Assembly (NCBI GenBank): GCA_050951845.1
Contig: JBMNJV010000002.1
Span: 73,447 to 137,446, forward strand
Direction: 5' to 3'
Length of the DNA stretch: 64,000 bases
DNA from: Saccharofermentanales bacterium
GTDB lineage: Bacteria; Bacillota; Clostridia; Saccharofermentanales; DTU023
The notes below the pieces were generated by a model, which did no database searches, had not been told where the DNA came from, and was given only the letters and a program-made list of their open reading frames with translations. A program made the translations under genes and the position numbers. Within the stretch, counting starts at the first letter, position 1. Each line of letters starts with the position of its first letter. Below are positions 50,886 through 61,472 of this stretch, one piece after another.

Positions 50886-51004
50886 AAACCTATAAGCCCT
50901 CTTTCATATTATGTTTTATTATTTTCAATGACTCTGATCATATTCCGGATTTTAAGATCAATCCGTTAATGACGTTTATTATTTAATCTTCAGTTTTTCA
51001 ATTT

Positions 51005-51112
51005 TCAAATACTCAATGAATATACTTCATTAATTCGGTTTAAAATAATCAATGGATGTACTTCATTAATCCGGTTTCAAATAATCAATGAATTTACTTC
51101 ATTGATCCGGAG
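51005..51112. repeat. Three tandem 36-bp units with an internal palindrome (TCAATGRA-N5-TTCATTRA) between smc and ftsY
   Basis: Units start at 51005, 51041 and 51077. Confidence 0.9.
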
Positions 51113-51121
51113 TTAAACTTT

Positions 51122-54100
51122 CTATGTATCAATCATATCAGCATCTGTCAGTTCAAGCGATAACACTTTGGAAACTCCTCGTTCTTTCATAGTTATACCA
51201 TATAAACGTTCGGATGCTTCCATTGTACCTTTACGATGGGTAACCAGGACGAATTGTGATTCATCGGTATATTTTCTGAGATATTCGGTAAATCGGATAA
51301 TATTGGTTTCATCTAAGGCGGATTCAACTTCATCCAGGACACAGAACGGAGCAGGCCTTAATTTGAAGATTGCCAATAGTAAAGCTATTGCAGTTAATGA
51401 TCTCTCACCACCTGATAACAAACTCAAATTCTGCAGTCTTTTTCCTGGCGGTTGAGCTTTAATTACGATACCCGAGGTTAAAGGATCAGCAGTTTCCAGA
51501 TCAAGTTCCGCTTCGCCTCCACTGAAAAGAGCAGAAAATACTTCTTTAAAATTTTGATTGATTTGGGCAAAGTTTTCTATAAATTGCTCCGACATTGCAA
51601 GTTCCAGATCGCGGATCACATTGATCAGTTTTTCTTTTGATAATTCGATATCCGCTTTTTGAGTAATCATGAAATCGTGACGTTCAAACACTTCATTATA
51701 CTCTTCAATCGCATTCGGATTAATCGGACCCAAATCTCTGATTTTCTGACGTATTTGTTTCAAAACTTCTCGTGCCGCTGTAATATTATCAATCGGATAA
51801 GCCTCCGGTTTAAGTTCAATGTAAGTAAGTTCGTAGTTTTCCCAAATATGATTCTTGGCTGAAGCTATGCTTTGCTCCAATCTCTCTGTTCTTTGACGAG
51901 AACGTTCAAGTTGCAATTGTAAGCTTGAAACCTGATCCGCTTGCAGTTCCACTTTAGTAAAAAGATCATGTTGCTGTTTTTCAATTTGATTTCTTTCCAG
52001 TTGATGATGATCAATATTTTCCAATAAATATGAAAGCTCCTCTTCCATATTTCGGTACCTGTTTTCATATTCAACGGTTTGCGCAGATAGTTTTTCCAAT
52101 TCATCTTCTAAATCTTGTGTCTGTTTAACAAGGGTCTGTTGTTTACTTTTTTGGGTAGTAAAATCAAGCTTTGCCTGTTCCGCCAAAGCAGTGAAATTTG
52201 CCAATGATTCTTTTTTTGTCTGCAAAGAAATATTCAAGGCGATCATTTGATCTTGAAGTTCTTGAAACTCGTGATTGGCATCTGACTGCGATCGATGTAA
52301 CTCTTCCAGTTTTTCAGATAATTTACTGTGATTATTTTCTGCTTGCATTAAATCAGTTTCAGTTTCGAGTTTTTTTCGTGTTGCATCTTCTGTGCGAACT
52401 TGATATTTAGTTAAGGTGTCGGTTTTGTTGTTCAATTCATGTTTTACTTGTTCAAGCTCATGCATAATTTGTTCTGTCAGTGTTGTCAGCTGATAGAGAT
52501 ACTTTTCTTTTTCCAGATAGCTTTTTTCCAAGTCGGCTTGAATTTGTGCCTGTACAATCAGTTGCGATGTTTTTCTTTCGATAACTGAATTCTGAGAATT
52601 GATTTCATGATTCAATTTGCTTATTTTCTCTTGATATTCAACTATTTCACGATTTCTGCGCAGTAAACCCTGGGATTGCTTTTTGTCCTGACCGCCGGTC
52701 ATTGAACCGCCGATTTGAACAATATCACCTGCCAAGGTAACAATTTTATATTTTTGCCGAACTGCCGCTGAAATCTTCAGAGCTTGCTCCAGATTTTCCG
52801 CAATAATTACTCTGCTCAATAACTGTCCTATAATTTCAGTATATTCTTCAGAATAATCTACTATTGTAGAAGCTATGTTTAAGAAACCCGGCAAATGTTC
52901 AATTTGTTTGAGATCATGGTCAGGAATATTGCGAGCTCTGATTGTATCCAACGGTAAAAATGTTTCACGACCGGATCTTGTCTGTTTAAGCCATTCGATC
53001 ATCCTTGAAGCATCTGTTTTAGTTGAAGTAACAATATTATGTAAAGCAGCACCCAATGTAACTTCAATTGCTTTTTCATATTTTTGCGGTACGTGGATTA
53101 ATTCAGCTAACGGACCGTGAATACCTGCACCAAATTCGGGTTCACTTTCAGCTTTTTGCATAATGGCTTTTACAGCCTGATGGAATCCTTCCCGAGCGGC
53201 TTCAAGTTCCTGTAAAGTTTTTAGGCGATATTGAGAATTATTCAGTTCATTCGTTAATTGCTGTTTCTTCTGATCCAGATCAGACAGTTCTGTTCTGATT
53301 TTTTCTACATCCTGACGGATACTCAACAGATCCGAATTTGTTAATTCAAAAGACTTTTGTTCAGCCAGATGCAATTGATTTTTTTTCTGATATTCATTCT
53401 GAATTTCAAGCTTTTTTATATTTAAGTTATCAATTTCCGCTTCAAGCAATGCGAGTTGTTCTGCTACTATATTAATCTCCTGAGTATATGAAGTGGCGGA
53501 ATTCTTTAAATCAAAAATTTGTCTCTGTTTTTGATTTAACTCATCGGTAATTTTTGCAATTTGAGCGTTGAGCTTATTCAGCTCTTGATTCTGATCGGCA
53601 ATGACTTTAGTTACAGCTTCATAACTTTCAGTTATTTCCGCAACTTCTTCAGCCAATTTGCTGCTCTGAATTCTTTTCTGCTCAAGATCTCCGTCTAACA
53701 GACGTTCTTCAATTTTCAGTTCTGATTGTTGAGCTAAATTTGATTCTATTTGCAGTTTAAGAGAGCGCTTGCGTTCTTTGGCAATTGCTCTTTTTTCACC
53801 CAATTCGGCCAAATCCGCATTCCGGACAGATTGTTGCAAACGTTTTGTTTCAATTTCCTGATCCAAATCTGCCAAATTCTTTTCATACTTCTGATAATCA
53901 TTTTTCAGCTTTTGTGATAAATTTCTGGCAGCTTGCAAATCTTGGGAAAGATCATCTGAAACCTGTTCGCTCTTTTCATATTCAAGCTGATTTCGCTTAA
54001 TATCATAAAGAGTCAAACCGATATCCGTATCCCGCATTTCATGTGAAAGCTTTTGAAATGTTTTGGTCTTCTCTGCTTGTTTTTCTAAAGGTTCAAGACG

Positions 54101-54700
54101 TTGAGCAAGTTCCCGGACAATATCGTCAATGCGCACCAGATTCTGCTCAGTTCTCTCCAACTTACGCTCAGCATCTCTTTTGCGCATTTTAAATTTAACA
54201 ATTCCGGCCGCCTCATCAAAAACTTTGCGTCGTTCTTCCGAATTATCACTCAGAATTTGATCAATTCTGCCTTGACCTATAATTGAATATCCGTCACGAC
54301 CGATTCCCGTATCAAGGAATAATTCTCGTATATCTTTTAATCTGCATTGAACTTTATTAATTAAATATTCACTGTCACCCGAGCGATAATAACGTCTGGT
54401 GACTTCGACCGTTTCATAATCTAAAGGAATATGATGATCTGTATTGTCGAAGGTAATTGTAACTTCAGCAAATCCAAGTTGACGTCGGGTTTCAGTTCCG
54501 TTAAAAATAACATCTTCCATACGTGAACCGCGCAAAGTTTTAACACTTTGCTCACCTAATACCCAACGAATAGCATCGGTTATATTAGATTTACCGGAAC
54601 CGTTCGGTCCGACTATTGCAGTTATTCCCGGATGAAATTCAATTAATGTCTGATCCGGGAAGGATTTAAATCCTTGCATACTGAGGGATTTAAGATACAC
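51122..54700 (-). CDS. smc: Chromosome segregation protein SMC
   Basis: GPNGSGKSN, coiled coils, hinge, LSGGE, LDEVESALD. Confidence 0.98.
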   Translation of the reverse strand: MYLKSLSMQGFKSFPDQTLIEFHPGITAIVGPNGSGKSNITDAIRWVLGEQSVKTLRGSRMEDVIFNGTETRRQLGFAEVTITFDNTDHHIPLDYETVEVTRRYYRSGDSEYLINKVQCRLKDIRELFLDTGIGRDGYSIIGQGRIDQILSDNSEERRKVFDEAAGIVKFKMRKRDAERKLERTEQNLVRIDDIVRELAQRLEPLEKQAEKTKTFQKLSHEMRDTDIGLTLYDIKRNQLEYEKSEQVSDDLSQDLQAARNLSQKLKNDYQKYEKNLADLDQEIETKRLQQSVRNADLAELGEKRAIAKERKRSLKLQIESNLAQQSELKIEERLLDGDLEQKRIQSSKLAEEVAEITESYEAVTKVIADQNQELNKLNAQIAKITDELNQKQRQIFDLKNSATSYTQEINIVAEQLALLEAEIDNLNIKKLEIQNEYQKKNQLHLAEQKSFELTNSDLLSIRQDVEKIRTELSDLDQKKQQLTNELNNSQYRLKTLQELEAAREGFHQAVKAIMQKAESEPEFGAGIHGPLAELIHVPQKYEKAIEVTLGAALHNIVTSTKTDASRMIEWLKQTRSGRETFLPLDTIRARNIPDHDLKQIEHLPGFLNIASTIVDYSEEYTEIIGQLLSRVIIAENLEQALKISAAVRQKYKIVTLAGDIVQIGGSMTGGQDKKQSQGLLRRNREIVEYQEKISKLNHEINSQNSVIERKTSQLIVQAQIQADLEKSYLEKEKYLYQLTTLTEQIMHELEQVKHELNNKTDTLTKYQVRTEDATRKKLETETDLMQAENNHSKLSEKLEELHRSQSDANHEFQELQDQMIALNISLQTKKESLANFTALAEQAKLDFTTQKSKQQTLVKQTQDLEDELEKLSAQTVEYENRYRNMEEELSYLLENIDHHQLERNQIEKQQHDLFTKVELQADQVSSLQLQLERSRQRTERLEQSIASAKNHIWENYELTYIELKPEAYPIDNITAAREVLKQIRQKIRDLGPINPNAIEEYNEVFERHDFMITQKADIELSKEKLINVIRDLELAMSEQFIENFAQINQNFKEVFSALFSGGEAELDLETADPLTSGIVIKAQPPGKRLQNLSLLSGGERSLTAIALLLAIFKLRPAPFCVLDEVESALDETNIIRFTEYLRKYTDESQFVLVTHRKGTMEASERLYGITMKERGVSKVLSLELTDADMIDT

Positions 54701-54766
54701 CTGTTACAAATCCTATTTCTAATTATTTCTTGTCAGAAGATATAAATCTTCTTCATTTTCGTTTGC

Positions 54767-55510
54767 TTAGAACTCCGGCGCTTCAGCTGTATCTTCAATC
54801 AGATAACAACCGTCTTCATCACAGGATAATAATTGTAATGCTTCTTTCGCTGCCGCCTGTTCCGCCAGTTTCTTACTCGGACCTTGCCCGACAGCTACTT
54901 TTTGCTCATCAACATTCACTGCAGCAGTATAAGTCCTGTCATGAACCGGGCCTTCTTCGGCTATAATTTCAAAATTCATAGTGCTGACACCTTTGGTTGC
55001 CTGAACCATTTCCAGTAATTTACTTTTGAAATCATAAACCATCCTGCCCGAAACAGCTAAATCAATATAATCCTGCAATAATTCGATTATTTTGGTTTGA
55101 ACGTAAACAAATCCCTGATCCAAATATAATGCACCGAAAACTGCTTCCAAAGCATTCGACAAATTTGATGCTTTCTCACGGCCTCCGGTCATTTCTTCAC
55201 CTTTGCCCAGATAAAGATAATCTCCTAAGTTTATATCTTCAGCAACTTGGGCTAATGTGTCTTCACAAACTATCAGCGCTCTGTACTTGGTCATCAAACC
55301 TTCATCAAGTGACGGTTTCAACTGAAATAATGCATCACTGATTGTTAACTGCAATACCGCATCGCCTAAAAATTCCAAACGTTCATTATCATATTTGACT
55401 TCTTCACTATTTTCATAAGCATAAGTTGAATGAGTCAAAGCGGATTTTATTAACTTCTCATTCTTAATGGTAATCTTATTATTTTCACAAAACTTTCTTT
55501 GTTTTTCCAT
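54767..55510 (-). CDS. rnc: Ribonuclease III
   Basis: ALTHST, NERLEFLGDAVL, EAVFGA, dsRBD; ATG 55510 after GGGGGA. Confidence 0.96.
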   Translation of the reverse strand: MEKQRKFCENNKITIKNEKLIKSALTHSTYAYENSEEVKYDNERLEFLGDAVLQLTISDALFQLKPSLDEGLMTKYRALIVCEDTLAQVAEDINLGDYLYLGKGEEMTGGREKASNLSNALEAVFGALYLDQGFVYVQTKIIELLQDYIDLAVSGRMVYDFKSKLLEMVQATKGVSTMNFEIIAEEGPVHDRTYTAAVNVDEQKVAVGQGPSKKLAEQAAAKEALQLLSCDEDGCYLIEDTAEAPEF

Positions 55511-55533
55511 ATTGTTCCCCCGACCAATTACAG

Positions 55534-55558
55534 AAAAAAGGGATACAAAAGTATCCCT
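55534..55558 (-). terminator. Terminator-like hairpin between acpP and rnc
   Basis: AGGGATAC-TTTT-GTATCCCT followed by a U tract on the minus strand. Confidence 0.7.
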
Positions 55559-55608
55559 GATTTGACTAAACATTATTCATGTTTATTTGCTTTGACAATA
55601 GTTATACT

Positions 55609-55851
55609 TTATTCAGCATTTTCTACTATGAAATCTACCGCATCACCTACGGTTTTCAAACGCTGTGCATCTTCATCAGGAATAGAAATATCATATTCGG
55701 ATTCTAAAGTAATAATTAAATCAACAATATCCAATGAATCGGCATTTAAATCATCGATAAAATCGGAATCCATTGAAATAGAATCTTCATCTACGCCTAA
55801 CTGATCAACTAAAAGTTGTTTTACCTGTTCAAAAATATCTTCAGTAGACAT
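55609..55851 (-). CDS. acpP: Acyl carrier protein
   Basis: DLNADSLD phosphopantetheine motif; GGAGGT SD before ATG 55851. Confidence 0.96.
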   Translation of the reverse strand: MSTEDIFEQVKQLLVDQLGVDEDSISMDSDFIDDLNADSLDIVDLIITLESEYDISIPDEDAQRLKTVGDAVDFIVENAE

Positions 55852-56072
55852 ATTTACCTCCACATTTAATTTTATAATTTATATTACGAATATATTTGTA
55901 AACAAAAATACCGGCGGTGTCAAGTTTATTATGAGTTAATCTTCAAATCTCTGAAACATCACATGGTTAGTTAAAGGCAACTTAACTAGTTACCGATAAA
56001 ACCCAGCTGTTTCCGGTTAAATTAAGAAAACATATTTGGCTGATTCGGTTGACAACATCTGAATTTGTCAAA

Positions 56073-56669
56073 TTATGCCTGTTTCAGGATTTGTTTGTTT
56101 TTTAATAAATAATCTAAACCGCTGACCACGGTTAAAATCACAGAAAGCAAAACTAAAACATCACCGATTATTCTCAATGTATGAGATGCTGCTGTCACAG
56201 GGCCGGCCATATATATTATAGGTTCAAGCATCAGCCAAATAATTGCAATGATCTGGGTAGTCGTTTTGGCTTTCCCCCAAGGACCTGCAGCAATTACTTT
56301 CCCTTGTTCCACTGCTAACAGCCGAAGTCCGGTTACAATTAATTCGCGTGCCAGAACAATTACAACAACGAAAGAATGTATCCGGTTGAGTTGTACTAAG
56401 GCTACAAATGTTGAAATAACCAATAGTTTATCTGCAATCGGATCTAAAAATTTCCCCATGTTAGTAACCAGATCATATTTTCGGGAAATACGTCCGTCAA
56501 GAAAATCGGTTAACGAAGCTATGCAAAATAATATTATAGCAATAATATGTGCAGCTTGGCTTGCAACAAATTCATTCCAAAATGTCCAACCGCCGATCGG
56601 TAACATAAACAAAATCACGAACGGTACGAGGATCATCCTCAAAATTGTTAAACGATTAGGTAAATTCAT
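56073..56669 (-). CDS. pgsA: CDP-diacylglycerol--glycerol-3-phosphate 3-phosphatidyltransferase
   Basis: MNLPNRLTILR, TDFLDG.ISR....T..GKFLDPIADK. Confidence 0.96.
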   Translation of the reverse strand: MNLPNRLTILRMILVPFVILFMLPIGGWTFWNEFVASQAAHIIAIILFCIASLTDFLDGRISRKYDLVTNMGKFLDPIADKLLVISTFVALVQLNRIHSFVVVIVLARELIVTGLRLLAVEQGKVIAAGPWGKAKTTTQIIAIIWLMLEPIIYMAGPVTAASHTLRIIGDVLVLLSVILTVVSGLDYLLKNKQILKQA

Positions 56670-58029
56670 GAACACTAACTCCTGTTAAATCATAATCATC
56701 TGCATCAATAATTTTCACATTGACAATATCACCGATATTGATATCTGTTGTTTGAGCCAATACATAAATGCTCGGATCAATTCCCGGTGCTTCACCATAA
56801 CTGCGCCCGACATAAAATAATCCGTCCGAACTGACATCTTCAAGTAAAACCTGATAGATTTTTCCTATCCGCTCTTGGTTTTTCGCCAAAGAAATTGTCT
56901 TCTGCAAATTCATAATCTGATTATATCTTGCCTCAGCAATTTCCCGCGGCGGCAGGTCGGACATTTTATATGCCCGGGTACCTTCTTCCGGAGAAAAAAC
57001 AAAGCAACCTAAACGATCAAATCTGATATCTTCGATAAATTTCTTCAATTCACTGAAGTTTTGCTCCGTCTCACCCGGAAATCCAACTAAAACAGTAGTT
57101 CTAATAATCAAATTATGAATCTTTGAGCGCAATTTGGCAATTAATTCTCTTAATTGATTATTAGTATCTCTTCTACCCATAGATTTCAATATTTTATCAG
57201 ACGCATGCTGAATAGGTAAATCAATATACGCCGCTATTTGCCGATGCTCTGCAATAAATTCAATCAATTGATCCGAAAATACATCTCCATAAACGTACAT
57301 TAAACGTATTAATCCGATATCCGGAATCTCAACCAATCTTTGCAAAAGTTCCAATAACCGCGGTTCACCATATATATCTTGACCGTAACGTGTCGTATCC
57401 TGTGCTATCAAAATTATCTCTTTAAACCCGCGTTCAGTTAAAACTTCAGCTTCAGCAACAACATCCTCCAGCGGCCGTGAAAGTAAAGGTCCTCTGATGC
57501 CCGGAATAGCACAAAAAGCACAATGATTGGAACAACCTTCTGCGATTTTCAAGTAGGCATACGCCCTGTCCGCTGCCGCCTGTTCACCTTTAAATAAATG
57601 TTTAATGCTGCCCGGTCTGCCCGGTAGTGTGTCGCGTAAGAATTCACCCTGCCTGAGACGTTGAGCGGAATCGACTATCAGATCATATTGAGCCGTACCT
57701 AATACCAGATCAACTTCCGGAAATTCCTGATATATTTCAGATGCATATCTCTGACTTAAACATCCGGTAACAATTAAAAAAACCGGTTTTTTTTTCTTCA
57801 GATTAAACTCTTTAATTTCAGCCAAATCCAAAATTGCTGAAATCGCCTCTTCTTTAGCAGGTTCTATGAAACCGCAGGTATTGACAATTAAAAAGTTGGC
57901 TGTTCTCGGATCATCTGTAAAATTGAAAGACGCATTACGTAGTGCATAACTCATGGATTCAGCATCTACTTCATTTTTCGGACAACCTAAAGACAATATA
58001 TAAAAATTATTCATTTTTTCTGATTTCAT
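56656..58029 (-). CDS. rimO: Ribosomal protein S12 methylthiotransferase RimO
   Basis: SLGCPKNEVD, NTCGFI, radical SAM motif CSNHCAFC, TRAM tail. Confidence 0.94.
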   Translation of the reverse strand: MKSEKMNNFYILSLGCPKNEVDAESMSYALRNASFNFTDDPRTANFLIVNTCGFIEPAKEEAISAILDLAEIKEFNLKKKKPVFLIVTGCLSQRYASEIYQEFPEVDLVLGTAQYDLIVDSAQRLRQGEFLRDTLPGRPGSIKHLFKGEQAAADRAYAYLKIAEGCSNHCAFCAIPGIRGPLLSRPLEDVVAEAEVLTERGFKEIILIAQDTTRYGQDIYGEPRLLELLQRLVEIPDIGLIRLMYVYGDVFSDQLIEFIAEHRQIAAYIDLPIQHASDKILKSMGRRDTNNQLRELIAKLRSKIHNLIIRTTVLVGFPGETEQNFSELKKFIEDIRFDRLGCFVFSPEEGTRAYKMSDLPPREIAEARYNQIMNLQKTISLAKNQERIGKIYQVLLEDVSSDGLFYVGRSYGEAPGIDPSIYVLAQTTDINIGDIVNVKIIDADDYDLTGVSVHEFT

Positions 58030-58603
58030 CTAACCATTTTCGCACAATTTCCCGGCAGATACCAGTAGAATATCCTCTGGAAGCTAAATGACGCATTACT
58101 TTTTCCGGTTGAGATATATTCCATTCTGTCTGCTTAAGTATTCTATACGCTTCAGCAGTCTCTCGATCATCTTCGATTTCCAAGACCAAATCCGAGATAG
58201 TCTGTTCACTGATACCTTGGCGCAACATTATTTGCTCTATATATTCTTTCGACTTCTGAGCCCGCCCCGAGTGCCTTTTAATTATTCTTCTGCCGCACAA
58301 ATATTCATCCAAGTATTGCTCATCGATTAAATCCTGAATTACTTGATCTACAAGCTGCGGATTTAAAACAGCTTCTTCCGGAAAAGAATTTTCCAAAATA
58401 TTTTTTACTTGACCATAAGACCTCCCACGATCAATACCGATATATTTAATTGCCCGCTGACGCAGGGTTAAATAAGCCTCTTGATGCTTGGTGGAAACAT
58501 CAGAGGCTTGGTTTTTTCCTTTTTCCGGAAAATTTTTATGGAGTTGTGAAACTATTTCTTGCGCTTTAGCCAAACGCTTGCGAAAAGAATCGTCCTGGTT
58601 CAT
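58007..58603 (-). CDS. recX: Regulatory protein RecX (diverged)
   Basis: Directly downstream of recA; L.DEQYLDE, LRQGI, HLASRGYS. Confidence 0.75.
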   Translation of the reverse strand: MNQDDSFRKRLAKAQEIVSQLHKNFPEKGKNQASDVSTKHQEAYLTLRQRAIKYIGIDRGRSYGQVKNILENSFPEEAVLNPQLVDQVIQDLIDEQYLDEYLCGRRIIKRHSGRAQKSKEYIEQIMLRQGISEQTISDLVLEIEDDRETAEAYRILKQTEWNISQPEKVMRHLASRGYSTGICREIVRKWLDEIRKNE

Positions 58604-58709
58604 TTTAATATTGCCGGTATCATTAAGCCTTTATTTCAAATCAGTTATTTAATATTGTCCTTCATCTATCGGCAGATTCGATTAAGTCTCAAATTGTTGC
58701 CGCGAATTA

Positions 58710-59867
58710 TTATATATCCAAGTTCAGTAATTCATCCAAATCATCATCTGAAGATTTTATATCCGTAGCATCTGTAGCATCTTCGGTTTGATCTTGTTCA
58801 ACTGATTCAGAAATGTCTTCATCTTCTTCCGGTTCATAATATTCGCGAACTTTGGCATCGATTTCAGCCATAATTTCCGGATTGTCAACCAACCATTGAC
58901 GTGCATTATCTCTGCCTTGTCCGATTCTGGTATCACCATAGGAGTACCAGGAACCGCTTTTATTCACAATATCAATATCAGAGGCTAAATCTAAAATACA
59001 GCCTTCCTGAGAAATACCTTCTCCGTATATAATATCAAATTCGGCTTCTCTGAACGGCGGTGCTACTTTATTTTTTACTACTTTCACTCTGGTGCGCGAA
59101 CCGATAATATCTTGTCCGTCACGCAACGTTTCAATTTTTCTGATATCGAGTCTGACCGATGCATAGAATTTGAGAGCCCGGCCGCCGGTTGTAGTTTCCG
59201 GATTGCCGAACATAATTCCGATCTTTTCCCGTAATTGATTGATGAAGATAATCATAGTATTTGATTTGTGCAAAACGCCCGATAATTTACGCAGAGCTTG
59301 TGACATCAATCTTGCCTGTACGCCCATTGATGCATCACCCATTTCACCTTCAATTTCAGAACGCGGAACTAATGCTGCAACCGAGTCAACAACTATAACA
59401 TCGATCGCTCCGCTGCGTGCCAAAGCCTCAGCGACTTCTAAAGCTTCTTCACCGTTATCCGGTTGAGAGATGATCAGATTATCAATATCGACTCCGATTT
59501 TATCTGCATATGTGGGATCAAGAGCATGTTCAGCATCTACAAAAGCAGCAATTCCTCCTGCTTTTTGGGCCTCTGCAATTACATGGAGAGCAACCGTCGT
59601 TTTCCCCGAGGATTCCGGACCGAAGATTTCGATAACTCTTCCTTTCGGCAAACCGCCGATACCTAAAGCAAGATCCAAAGACAGAGCACCTGTCGGCACG
59701 GTTTCGATTTCCAAATCGTAGTCATCATCTCCTAAGAGCATTACTGCACCCTTGCCCATTTCTTTTTCTATTTTTGCCAGAGCAATCCTCAGTGCTTCCT
59801 GGCGTTCCGTTTCGGATTGCGGTTTAGAAATCTGTTTGCCTTTTGCTTGTTTACGCCGTTTTGCCAT
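58710..59867 (-). CDS. recA: Recombinase RecA
   Basis: [37 protein letters not shown]. Confidence 0.99.
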   Translation of the reverse strand: MAKRRKQAKGKQISKPQSETERQEALRIALAKIEKEMGKGAVMLLGDDDYDLEIETVPTGALSLDLALGIGGLPKGRVIEIFGPESSGKTTVALHVIAEAQKAGGIAAFVDAEHALDPTYADKIGVDIDNLIISQPDNGEEALEVAEALARSGAIDVIVVDSVAALVPRSEIEGEMGDASMGVQARLMSQALRKLSGVLHKSNTMIIFINQLREKIGIMFGNPETTTGGRALKFYASVRLDIRKIETLRDGQDIIGSRTRVKVVKNKVAPPFREAEFDIIYGEGISQEGCILDLASDIDIVNKSGSWYSYGDTRIGQGRDNARQWLVDNPEIMAEIDAKVREYYEPEEDEDISESVEQDQTEDATDATDIKSSDDDLDELLNLDI

Positions 59868-59882
59868 ATAGTCCTCCTAATA

Positions 59883-59929
59883 GAACAATTGTTTGTTTTC
59901 TATTATATCAAAACTTTTTCACAGGTCAA
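59883..59929 (-). promoter_or_regulatory. recA promoter with a LexA (Cheo-type) SOS box
   Basis: TTGACC-N16-TATAAT with extended TG (59929-59902); GAAC-AATT-GTTT at 59883-59894 resembles the Firmicute GAAC-N4-GTTC box. Confidence 0.7.
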
Positions 59930-60013
59930 GCATATCCACTTTAATCATCATTTTATTTTTCGGAAAAAGTGATAATAATTGTAAAAATATAATTTACCGA
60001 ATACAACCTCCGT

Positions 60014-60053
60014 ATCGGTACTTAGATAAAAACATCGGTACTTAGATAAAAAC
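60014..60053. repeat. Perfect 20-bp tandem duplication ATCGGTACTTAGATAAAAAC x2 just after the cinA stop
   Basis: Read directly from the sequence. Confidence 0.9.
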
Positions 60054-60060
60054 AAAGGAA

Positions 60061-61365
60061 TCAGTTATCTGATTTTTCTTTCAAACATCGCCATGCCAGG
60101 TGAAAGGCACGTAAGGAAGCTACGGTGCGAATTCTCTCGCGATTGCCTCTGAGCATATGTTTTTCAAAAGTTAGTTGTCCCTGATAGTCGGCTCCCAAAT
60201 AAATTGTTCCGACCGGTTTGTCCGGAGTACCGCCATCCGGTCCGGCAATTCCCGTAACCGCTATTGCCAAATCGGTATTTAATGCTTTTCTGACACCGCT
60301 TGCCATAGCTTCCGCACATTCTCTGCTCACAGCACCATATTTTTGTAAAATTACTGAAGGTACACCTAAGATTTGTTCTTTGACACTGTTGCCGTATGAA
60401 ACAACACCCCCGGCAAAAACTTCGGATACACCGGCCAGTGCCCCGAATTTAGCTGAAATCAGCCCTGCCGTACAAGATTCGGCAAAACTGATTGTTTGTT
60501 TTTTCTCTTTCAATAATGCAAATACAATCTCGGGTAAAGTTCTTTCTCCGTCCTCGTAAATATATTGACCCAGACGATTTTTGATTTCTGCGACTACCGG
60601 AGAAATTAAATCAGTTTCAGTATGATCACGCAACTTTCTTTGTGTTATCCTGAAACATACTTCTCCCGGTGAAGCATAAGGAGCAATGGTCGGATTTGTC
60701 TGGCGTTCAATTAAATCTCTGATCTCCAATTCGGCATTGGATTCACCAATACCCATCATATGCAAAAACCGATGTTCAAATTCATAATTGACTCTTTGCT
60801 CCAGCCAGGGTTTCAATGACTGTTCAAACATTAATTCCAGTTCACTGGGCGGTCCCGGCAGACATGCAATTGCTTTCTTTTTACCTGCATAATCAAAAAC
60901 TAAAATTGCTCCGGGCGCAGTTCCGTTATTATTGGGCATGGTTAATGCACCTTGCGGCATCATGGCTTGTTTCCAATTATTTTCGGATACCGTTCTGCCG
61001 ATTCCGGTAAAATAAGCTTCAATGCTTTGTTTACTGACCGGATCCAAAACCAGTTTTTTATCCGCCGCTTTAGCTATTAACTCCATTGTGACATCATCGG
61101 CGGTAGGACCTAAGCCGCCGCTGGTAATTACCAAATCAGCCCTTGCTAATGCAGTATGCAGCATTCCTAACAAACGTTCCGGATTATCTCCTACAACTGA
61201 TTGATAATATGAATTTATACCAAGCAAGGTCAGTTGATTTGCTAAATAATAAGTATTGGTATTCAAGGTTTGACCGATTAATAGTTCGGTTCCGACAGCA
61301 ACAATTTCCGCTGATTCGATCAGAATATCATTTGATCGGCTTAAAATCTTATTAGTTTTTTCCAT
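60061..61365 (-). CDS. cinA: Competence/damage-inducible protein CinA (NMN deamidase domain)
   Basis: VGTELLIG, GGLGPTADD, LPGPP, AESCTAG, TGIAGPDGG; lies upstream of recA. Confidence 0.95.
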   Translation of the reverse strand: MEKTNKILSRSNDILIESAEIVAVGTELLIGQTLNTNTYYLANQLTLLGINSYYQSVVGDNPERLLGMLHTALARADLVITSGGLGPTADDVTMELIAKAADKKLVLDPVSKQSIEAYFTGIGRTVSENNWKQAMMPQGALTMPNNNGTAPGAILVFDYAGKKKAIACLPGPPSELELMFEQSLKPWLEQRVNYEFEHRFLHMMGIGESNAELEIRDLIERQTNPTIAPYASPGEVCFRITQRKLRDHTETDLISPVVAEIKNRLGQYIYEDGERTLPEIVFALLKEKKQTISFAESCTAGLISAKFGALAGVSEVFAGGVVSYGNSVKEQILGVPSVILQKYGAVSRECAEAMASGVRKALNTDLAIAVTGIAGPDGGTPDKPVGTIYLGADYQGQLTFEKHMLRGNRERIRTVASLRAFHLAWRCLKEKSDN

Positions 61366-61472
61366 AGTTGTATTTTTCCGGCTTCATATTTAAGTTTCTA
61401 ATGATTATCTGTGATTTGTATTTTTCCCGGAGTTGTCCGCGCTATTATTAATAAAAAAAATTCTCCTGTCTT

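Noticed and set aside
51005-51112. CRISPR or TIGR-like guide array (36-nt period)
   Set aside because: Units are contiguous and differ only by point changes; there are no unique spacers and no nearby effector gene.
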